A stretch of DNA of 18,167 bases from Methanobacterium sp. (GTDB lineage: Archaea; Methanobacteriota; Methanobacteria; Methanobacteriales; Methanobacteriaceae). This document shows, in pieces, positions 1-6,302 of the stretch (position 1 is its first letter; every line of letters begins with the position of its first letter). The position numbers and the translations under genes were made by a program. A model generated the notes under the pieces. That model was not told the DNA's origin. It did no database searches and worked only from the letters and a program-made list of their open reading frames with translations. The stretch covers positions 1 through 18,167 of the forward strand of contig PMWA01000105.1 of NCBI GenBank assembly GCA_003166335.1. The letters are read 5' to 3'.

Positions 1-45
1 GTGCCGTCGTTCACTGTGCCCGACGCCGAAGGCAAACAGCAATAG

Positions 46-187
46 TATATCCACATTCCCAAGGCAATATTTAAACTTGAATACTTCCCCTTTATGTTTT
101 CCATGATGGAGTGTTCTTTGATAGGAGAACTCTTGACATTTAGGACATTGTTTTGCATAAAGATTTATCCAGTGGTATAACTGACAT
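46..187 (-). pseudogene. Degenerate small zinc-ribbon (CxxC...CxxC) protein
   Basis: Manual translation from ATG at 187 gives MSVIPLDKS, then after a frameshift YAKQCPKCQEFSYQRTLHHGKHKGEVFKFKYCL, then after a second frameshift ECGY. Two indels are needed to restore the CPKC...CLECG pattern. Confidence 0.35.
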
Positions 188-207
188 ATTAAATTTTAAA
201 TCTGTTG

Positions 208-256
208 AACTTCGCATAAAATATATAATTATATATTTTTATTATAATACGAAGTT
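208..256. repeat. Inverted repeat AACTTCGCAT...ATACGAAGTT enclosing a perfect 22-bp AT palindrome
   Basis: Arms at 208-217 and 247-256 (9/10 complementary); internal AAAATATATAATTATATATTTT at 218-239. Confidence 0.7.
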
Positions 257-379
257 GGAAACTTCCAAAATCTTGAAATATTAAAATCCTTTTCCATCCT
301 TTATTTACTTTAAAACTCCATGAGAATCCTCATTAAATCTGTATTACTTTTTTATACTTTTTTATAATTTAATATTTTT

Positions 380-407
380 ACTTCGTTAAACTCGACTATT
401 ACGAAGT
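380..407. other. Candidate tyrosine-recombinase (dif/lox-like) site, 11-6-11
   Basis: ACTTCGTTAAA-CTCGAC-TATTACGAAGT. Read as 13-8-13 (377-410), the arms match loxP arms at 9/13 and 10/13. Confidence 0.55.
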
Positions 408-523
408 TAACATTTGTGTATATAAAAAATTTTTATAATAAGCTATCAAACACCCCTATTCTAATAAACACTATTTTTACTACTAATTATAGTAATACTT
501 TATTTATTTAAAACAAAACATAT

Positions 524-951
524 TTAAATCGTATTTTCATAAAAATGCAAAACTAAAAGAGCTAGAAGACTAAATAAGCAATTATAATGGCTTCCGAAAG
601 GAAGCAGCCGGTTATATAAATCATCATTTTTAGCCAAAATATTTTGAATTTTCAACATAGAATCTGCATATTTTTTTTTCTTTTTATCAAAAGGTTTATT
701 TCCCCAACTTTCATTCCATTGCCTCAATGCAATGGTCAGATTTCCGAGTTTATCCTTATACTGTTCATGAATTATCTTTTCTTCAGCATTCAAATTTAGT
801 TTTGATGGATTATTTGGCCATACATGTTCAATCTGGAAATCTGGAACCAAAATATTTCAAGAGGTATTTCTAAAGATTCTTCCATTAATGATTTTTCATA
901 TTCATATAGTAGGTTCTTTATATCATTTTTAGAAATCTTATTATAGAAATT
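524..951 (-). pseudogene. Internal fragment of a DUF1524 (GmrSD C-terminal, HNH-like) nuclease domain protein
   Basis: Motifs IEHVWP, LGNLT, N-x4-NKPF..KK..Y..S. Coding signal continues upstream of 850 in another frame (NFYNKISKNDIKNLLYEYEKSL). There is no N-terminus, and homology appears to stop near 620. Confidence 0.7.
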
Positions 952-956
952 TAGGT

Positions 957-2081
957 TTATAGAAATTCTCCATATATATTTAAAGTTTTATGTGCTGCTT
1001 TATCCCAATTAAATAGTTTAGCTCTTTTTAATCCTTTATTTGTCATGTTATCCTTCAAAGTATCATTTGTCAGCACGTCATACATTTCATCGGCCATTAA
1101 TTCAATATCTTGTGGGTTTATCATTATCCCTGCGTCACCAACAACTTCAGGTAATGAGGTTGTGTTTGAGGTGATTACTGGTGTGCCGCAGGCCATTGCT
1201 TCCAATGGGGGAAGACCAAAACCTGCATAAGCACATGGATAAACCAGAATATCTGCAGCATTGTACCATTTGGGCATGTCTTCCTCTGGTACGTATCCAA
1301 CAAAAATAACATCTTCTTGTAAATGCAAGTCATTGATCAACTTTAAAATATTTTCACGTCCACGATAACCTTGAGATTCTCCTATTTTCACCATTTTAAT
1401 GCCTGGAATTTTTTTCTTAAGTTGTGCAAAAGCCTTTATCAAAACAGGGACGTTCTGTCGCGAGGTTTCAGAACCCACATAAAGCACAACTTTCTGATCA
1501 TTTGGAATCTTAATTTTACTTAAAATCTCTTTATCCTGATTCTCATAATAAACAGAATGATCAACAGCTGGATAAACAATTCTAATCCTTTCTTCAGGAT
1601 AATCTAAATATTTCATAATCTCCTCCTTAGAAAACTTAGAGATTGTAATAATAATATCCGCAAGTCCCAGCCCCTTCATGTTTTCTTTCCATATAGAAGA
1701 CCTGTCTTTGTCGTATACCCAAGGGATAAGATCGTAACATGTTACAATATTATTTTCAAGTTTAACAGAATTCAGGATATATGCAAATCCCTGTGAGGTT
1801 ATATGTTTGATATTGCCCTCTTTAACTTCATTCTTGACTGTGTGGATATATTTGTGTTTATCAATGGTTTTTAAAGTTTTTTTTCCCATATCTGTGATAA
1901 ATTTTAGTGATTTATTTTCATATGAGTCTGATTTGAGCGGCATCAATGAATCATATTCAATAACATTCAATTCAACATTTAACCGTTTAACTATCTCCAT
2001 CTGGTACTTAGATATAGATATCCAAAATATTTTATCTGTTCTGGACCCGTTTATATAATCGATTTCCATTAATTTCACCAT
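957..2081 (-). CDS. Glycosyltransferase family 4 (GT-B fold)
   Basis: 374 aa; [48 protein letters not shown] and [10 protein letters not shown] motifs. Confidence 0.93.
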   Translation of the reverse strand: MVKLMEIDYINGSRTDKIFWISISKYQMEIVKRLNVELNVIEYDSLMPLKSDSYENKSLKFITDMGKKTLKTIDKHKYIHTVKNEVKEGNIKHITSQGFAYILNSVKLENNIVTCYDLIPWVYDKDRSSIWKENMKGLGLADIIITISKFSKEEIMKYLDYPEERIRIVYPAVDHSVYYENQDKEILSKIKIPNDQKVVLYVGSETSRQNVPVLIKAFAQLKKKIPGIKMVKIGESQGYRGRENILKLINDLHLQEDVIFVGYVPEEDMPKWYNAADILVYPCAYAGFGLPPLEAMACGTPVITSNTTSLPEVVGDAGIMINPQDIELMADEMYDVLTNDTLKDNMTNKGLKRAKLFNWDKAAHKTLNIYGEFL

Positions 2082-2138
2082 ATTACAAACTATGTAACTC
2101 TATTAATGTATATTAACAGGGTTAAACTTGAATAAAAA

Positions 2139-2253
2139 ATGAAAATGAAACAAATTAACCTGAAACTAACAGAAAACCAACTTGATCAATTAGAACAGCT
2201 CTCAAATGCAATGGGTAATGTATAGTAAATCCAATCTAATTAGGATAGCATGT
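2139..2253 (+). pseudogene. Frameshifted ribbon-helix-helix (CopG-like) DNA-binding protein
   Basis: Not in ORF track. MKMKQINLKLTENQLDQLEQLSNAMGNV is followed by TAG; skipping 1 nt at ~2223 continues SKSNLIRIAC, completing a typical beta-helix-G-x-S-x-S-xx-IR RHH pattern. Confidence 0.65.
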
Positions 2254-2556
2254 ACTACAAATGTATGTATCAAGATAACATTGTTTGGGTTCTTCTTTGA
2301 AGATTAAATTAATATTTAAGTCTAAGATATTTATACTCTCTAAGATTCTGGTCCAATAGCCTATTAACTTCCATTCCTCACTTCTATCAAGATGCATTTC
2401 TACTTTTTGAATATAATCAATCTGTTCAATCATAGACCTATAAGTCCGATTGAAATCTTCCCTTGTAAATACAATAACTTCATCGTAGTTAAGGAACATT
2501 TCAGGATTATACAATTCTGCAATCCTTCCATTAGGTACCCCTTCACTCACTTTCAT
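2236..2556 (-). CDS. Hypothetical protein (mobile-element-like)
   Basis: 106-aa ORF, co-directional with the upstream small-gene cluster; shares a motif with 2922-3080. Confidence 0.6.
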   Translation of the reverse strand: MKVSEGVPNGRIAELYNPEMFLNYDEVIVFTREDFNRTYRSMIEQIDYIQKVEMHLDRSEEWKLIGYWTRILESINILDLNINLIFKEEPKQCYLDTYICSTCYPN

Positions 2557-2591
2557 TTAAAACTTCCTAATAATCAACATTAAAAATTTTT

Positions 2592-2729
2592 TTAGAATAT
2601 TATTCTATGTTGTAATATCAGCACGAACAATAAAGCTGCAAATGTCCAGGTACCTGCAACAAACATGCCAGTAAACAATGCATTGTAGTCCATTTTAGGC
2701 TCAACACAAGCTAAACAACGTTTATACAT
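2592..2729 (-). CDS. Small single-pass membrane protein with N-terminal CxxC (45 aa)
   Basis: Below ORF-track cutoff: MYKRCLACVEPKMDYNALFTGMFVAGTWTFAALLFVLILQHRIIF. Strong GGAGGTGA RBS; starts immediately after the stop of 2730-2912. Confidence 0.65.
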   Translation of the reverse strand: MYKRCLACVEPKMDYNALFTGMFVAGTWTFAALLFVLILQHRIIF

Positions 2730-2912
2730 TTATAAATCACCTCCAATCTTTTTATTCGATTTTATTGCACGCATAGTTATCTCACTAAAACGATTGTACT
2801 GATTATGGGAAAATGTCAAGTTACAATGAGGGCATAGATGCCAGAGCTCCTGTTCAGACGGTTTTTTAAGATAGTAATCTTCCATGGTTTCCCTGCAGTT
2901 GGAGCATTCCAT
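2730..2912 (-). CDS. Small zinc-ribbon protein
   Basis: 60 aa with CSNC and CPHC pairs; tightly packed with its neighbours. Confidence 0.7.
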   Translation of the reverse strand: MECSNCRETMEDYYLKKPSEQELWHLCPHCNLTFSHNQYNRFSEITMRAIKSNKKIGGDL

Positions 2913-2921
2913 AAAATCAGA

Positions 2922-3080
2922 TCAAATTTCCTTTCTTTTCATCTCAATTTCTTGGACTTGGTTCCTGGTGAACTCATACCAATTTATAAAATCTTTCTTA
3001 GGAATTATAAGCAATTCCTTATGCTTAGGCTTCTCAACGTTCTTTAAATCCTATTTTTCAATGGTTTTAGTGTTTTCCAT
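2922..3080 (-). pseudogene. Small hypothetical gene interrupted by in-frame TAG at codon 10
   Basis: GAGGAGTGA RBS, ATG at 3080; MENTKTIEK*DLKNVEKPKHKELLIIPKKDFINWYEFTRNQVQEIEMKRKEI; TAG at 3051-3053. Confidence 0.55.
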
Positions 3081-3099
3081 AATATCACTCCTCAGGGTG

Positions 3100-3115
3100 G
3101 ATCACTATAGTGATC
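3100..3115. promoter_or_regulatory. Perfect 16-bp palindrome GATCACTATAGTGATC (operator or 5'-UTR hairpin)
   Basis: Directly visible; ~20 bp upstream of the ATG at 3080 and downstream of a minus-strand TTTATATC box (3191-3198). Confidence 0.5.
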
Positions 3116-3342
3116 AACATTAACGAGGCTTACCCGAGAGAGCAAATGATAAGTAAAAATAATAAAAATGTTTGATTTATGATTAAAGTAGATATAAAGA
3201 CAGTTTCAGAATTAATATTTTCAAAAAAAATTGTTAAAATGGAATTTTAAGGATCAAAATAAGGCTAATGTAAGGAAAAACAGTTTAAAATACGGTATAT
3301 TTAAATATCTTCATTTATAAAACTATGATTAGGTGATAAAAT

Positions 3343-3552
3343 ATGTCTGAATTACCATTAGCTCCAATAAAAAGAATAATAAAAAATGCAGGTGGACAAA
3401 GAGTCAGTGAGGGTGCAGAAGTAGCTTTAGGAAAAGCATTAGAAATATGTGGTGAAGAAGTCTCTATTAAAGCAGTTAGACTTGCAAAACACGCTGGAAG
3501 AGTAACAGTTAACGCATCTGACATTGAACTAGCCCTTAAAGAAATTGCTTAA
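3343..3552 (+). CDS. Archaeal histone (HMf/HMt family), divergent paralog
   Basis: 69 aa: [19 protein letters not shown]...KHAGRxTV.ASDIELA; AGGTGA RBS; T-tracts downstream. Confidence 0.96.
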   Translation: MSELPLAPIKRIIKNAGGQRVSEGAEVALGKALEICGEEVSIKAVRLAKHAGRVTVNASDIELALKEIA

Positions 3553-3556
3553 ATTA

Positions 3557-3582
3557 TTTCTTTTTTTTATTCTATTTTTTTT
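3557..3582 (+). terminator. Oligo-T archaeal terminator of histone gene
   Basis: Two T8 runs (3561-3568, 3575-3582) just after the stop codon. Confidence 0.55.
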
Positions 3583-3637
3583 AAACTTCATTGTTCTCTA
3601 TTAACAATTTTGTAGAAACTTAATAACAATATTTTCA

Positions 3638-3663
3638 ACTTCGGATCCCAACATTAAACAAGT
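3638..3663. other. Degenerate ACTTCG-family inverted-repeat site (26 bp)
   Basis: ACTTCGGATCC-CAAC-ATTAAACAAGT (AACTT...AAGTT ends); lies between convergent histone and Lit-like genes. Confidence 0.35.
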
Positions 3664-3694
3664 TAGAAAAGAATTCTAAATAATCATGAGTTTA

Positions 3695-4834
3695 CTAACA
3701 ATGTTTACGAAATTTTTTTATAATTTTCATAAATTCATCCTCACTGCCCAAATCCTCAATTGGAGTAAGATTTACCTTACAATATGGTTCTAATAATGGT
3801 CTCACATTACGCCAGTTATTCTGAATTTTATACATTTGTTCCCATCCTTTTCTAGTATAAGTACATCCCATTGGGAGAGAATGGAAACGATCAATAAAAG
3901 GGGGTGTAACTGAACCTTTCTTCAAAATTTTTAATGAATCTTCAACTTCCTTAATTGCTAATGAAGTCTTATTACAGATACTATCATTTAAATTTGAATA
4001 TTTAGAATCCATAATAATTGTAGGGATAATTACTCCAATATAATGTTGCCTAAAACCAGGATAAGGATGTGAATATACATCTAATTCGTTAAAGTTATAC
4101 TCTATATTTCCAAAAAATCTAAAGAGTGTATAAGTTGAAAATGTCCATAAAAACAATGCATCTTCAAGGGAATTAAAATAAGGCTTAATTTTTTCAGGTA
4201 AAATTTTCGTTGTTTGATAGTTAATGAGTATATCTTTAATACCAACACTAGCAGCATAACAATCAGCATCATATTCGAGAGTCTGGGAAATTAAACCGCC
4301 GCTTTTTTTTATACTCACCATCTCAGAAATAAAGGACATACCATATTCTTCTTTAAGCTCCAGATGTCCATCTATTATATGCGCATATTCATGCCAAATT
4401 AAAAATAATACTGCAAAATGAAATAATCCCTCTGCATAAATTTTTCTTTCTTTATCTTTAGGTTTTATCATATTTGCATTACTTATATCAAAAATAGGTT
4501 CTATTTCATTTCCATTATTACCTACAAAACTCAATACATTGGGAAATGACAACAAATAGTTAAAAAATATATATAAATTAGAAATTGCCCCATGATTTAT
4601 GCCTATATAGTATGAATCATTATCTTTGAATGTATATGCATTAAATGATGAATTGTCAATAAAATCGATGTACACATCAGGTACATTTGGATTAATTTTC
4701 CTTAACCCTTCTATTAATCCTACTCCTTTCTTACGTGCTTCTGCTAAAAGACAAGATAAGAATTGACCTTTTTTGAGATAAAATTTACCACCAAAATCTT
4801 TGGTCCTTTTATCAAAAATAATATCTTTATCCAT
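3695..4834 (-). CDS. Lit-like phage-exclusion zinc metallopeptidase (peptidase U49 family)
   Basis: 379 aa; FNA..F....Y.IGIN.G, FLIWHEYAHIIDGH (HExxH), LEYDADCYA and HPYPGFR motifs characteristic of Lit/U49. Confidence 0.8.
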   Translation of the reverse strand: MDKDIIFDKRTKDFGGKFYLKKGQFLSCLLAEARKKGVGLIEGLRKINPNVPDVYIDFIDNSSFNAYTFKDNDSYYIGINHGAISNLYIFFNYLLSFPNVLSFVGNNGNEIEPIFDISNANMIKPKDKERKIYAEGLFHFAVLFLIWHEYAHIIDGHLELKEEYGMSFISEMVSIKKSGGLISQTLEYDADCYAASVGIKDILINYQTTKILPEKIKPYFNSLEDALFLWTFSTYTLFRFFGNIEYNFNELDVYSHPYPGFRQHYIGVIIPTIIMDSKYSNLNDSICNKTSLAIKEVEDSLKILKKGSVTPPFIDRFHSLPMGCTYTRKGWEQMYKIQNNWRNVRPLLEPYCKVNLTPIEDLGSEDEFMKIIKKFRKHC

Positions 4835-4931
4835 TTTTAATCCTTATTCCCATAGATCGGTAGAATTAACAATTAATTTAATTTTAATATTATATACTTT
4901 ATTTCAGAATTGAGTAAATAAAAATATTTCT

Positions 4932-4959
4932 AATTCGTTAAATCGTGCTATACAGAAGT
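4932..4959. other. Candidate recombination site, second 11-6-11 copy
   Basis: AATTCGTTAAA-TCGTGC-TATACAGAAGT. Arms are 10/11 and 8/11 identical to the 380-407 site; the spacer differs. Confidence 0.5.
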
Positions 4960-4987
4960 AAAGAAAAAATAAAAAATTAATTCTCTA

Positions 4988-5713
4988 TTATTCAGGTTTA
5001 TAATGGTCTATAAGATTAAGTATTTTGCTAGAATAAAGTTCTAATTCCCTAAACATACTTTCACTCAAAACATTGGAATGAGCAATGGTATTTCGAGGAA
5101 TCTCAAGACTTTCTAAATATGTCTGAGTTACTACCTGATCCTTAAAAACATCTTCAAATAGATCCCAATTTTTATTTATTATTTTAATAAGGTCAGAAAA
5201 ATCAGTATATTGGATATTGCTTTTTGGTAATTGTATATGCCAATCATGGAGGCTATGAGTCTTTATATTATCTTTTACTTGTTTAGATACATTTGTTTCC
5301 CACCAATCAGGACCTTTATTCTGTTCTAATAGATATGAAATAAAAAATCGTAATTTGTTCTCAAAACTAACAAATAATGCATAAGCACTCATCATTCTTC
5401 TCAAATCTTCTTCAAAAGATTTTATTATATGTTCAGTGACTGGGACTTCAATATTTACATTTGGAACTTTCCCGAATTTTTCTTTAATTTTAAACTCAAT
5501 AATATTAGGATCATCTTTAAGAATCTCAACTTCTCCCAATTCCGCCAAATAGCTTAATACTCTTCTTGAATTCCACTTACCTATTACTCTATGTCTAAAT
5601 GGAGGATGGCCAATATCTTCAGTGCTAAACGTATCGTCTTGATAAATATCTACCATATTCTTTATAACACCTTTCACATATTCCACTTGAGCATCCAAAG
5701 GTAATTTTCTCAT
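4988..5713 (-). CDS. Swt1-like HEPN domain protein (putative RNase) with N-terminal extra domain
   Basis: 241 aa; Y..F..FEN.LR.FI...L.....WW, Y.DF.DL..II..NW..F and RNTIAH (Rx4H) motifs; GGAGG RBS. Confidence 0.82.
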   Translation of the reverse strand: MRKLPLDAQVEYVKGVIKNMVDIYQDDTFSTEDIGHPPFRHRVIGKWNSRRVLSYLAELGEVEILKDDPNIIEFKIKEKFGKVPNVNIEVPVTEHIIKSFEEDLRRMMSAYALFVSFENKLRFFISYLLEQNKGPDWWETNVSKQVKDNIKTHSLHDWHIQLPKSNIQYTDFSDLIKIINKNWDLFEDVFKDQVVTQTYLESLEIPRNTIAHSNVLSESMFRELELYSSKILNLIDHYKPE

Positions 5714-5785
5714 TCATATCCCTCCCATTAATGATTTTTATATGGTGAGTAGGATATAAATTTATTAATTTATATTATAATTTCT

Positions 5786-5811
5786 ACTTCGTATGGTCAA
5801 TATAAAGAAAT
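5786..5811. other. Degenerate ACTTCG-family site (26 bp)
   Basis: ACTTCGTATGG-TCAA-TATAAAGAAAT; right arm is 9/11 identical to the right arm of 4932-4959. Confidence 0.4.
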
Positions 5812-5863
5812 CACACTAAAAAAAAATATTCAAAAAATAAAAAATTTTTTGATTAACCTTTTT

Positions 5864-6277
5864 TTAAAGTTTCCTAGAATGGACTATAGAATGGGTTAGC
5901 ATGTTGCACATCATCATTGGTATTGTCAACTGGACGTGAACAGTATTAAAAGTTATTTTGCTTCCTTTACGGTCTTCTGGATTTGCATCTAAATAATCAT
6001 CTATAAGTTCCTTAGCTTGTTTCTCCCAAGCTGCCGCTGCTGGATTACGGGCTTCATTACTTTTATAATAGGCATCTAATATGATAACAGCAGCATAGAG
6101 ATTGGCAGCCTGGATAATAGCATCTGGTGTTGGGTGAGGTAAGGTTACTCTTTGGACCTTATTTCTTATTCTTTGGTCTGCAAAAGTTAAAGCCTGTGCC
6201 ATATTAGTTTCTTGGATATTTGTAGGCACGTCTTGTACTAAAACTGTTAATGCCGCCTCATCTGCAAAAGTTATCAT
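5864..6277 (-). CDS. Putative viral head-tail adaptor/connector-like protein; C-terminus probably frameshifted
   Basis: 137 aa with helical pattern A...AD..I.....P.P..I..A....AA..........A...I, reminiscent of gp6/gp15/Mu gp36-type adaptors; GAGGTGA RBS. An alternative frame from ~5939 gives SRPVDNTNDDVQHANPFYSPF*, ending at 5874. Confidence 0.5.
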   Translation of the reverse strand: MITFADEAALTVLVQDVPTNIQETNMAQALTFADQRIRNKVQRVTLPHPTPDAIIQAANLYAAVIILDAYYKSNEARNPAAAAWEKQAKELIDDYLDANPEDRKGSKITFNTVHVQLTIPMMMCNMLTHSIVHSRKL

Positions 6278-6302
6278 TAAATCACCTCAAAAAAATTAGT
6301 TA

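Noticed and set aside
589..609. Resemblance to SRP RNA helix 8 (CCGNAAGGAAGCAGCC)
   Set aside because: It lacks the 5' CAGG of the symmetric loop and any surrounding SRP structure; it forms a simple perfect hairpin.
882..901. CCATTAATGATTTTT(C/T)ATAT shared with 5726-5745
   Set aside because: One copy is in nuclease-fragment coding sequence and the other overlaps an RBS region; low complexity, with no further support.
3051..3053. In-frame TAG as possible pyrrolysine codon
   Set aside because: Methanobacteriales are not known to use pyrrolysine and neighbouring genes are decayed; a nonsense mutation is simpler.
1045..3524. Short ORFs 1045-1230, 1807-2058, 2392-2583, 2838-3047, 2884-3123 (+) and 3315-3524 (-)
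   Set aside because: They overlap better-supported genes on the opposite strand and lack RBS or motifs.
4080..4093. TCTAATTCGTTAAA, identical to the left arm region of the 4932 site
   Set aside because: It lies inside the Lit-like CDS (FNELD) with no matching right arm; treated as chance, and a caution about AT-rich matches.
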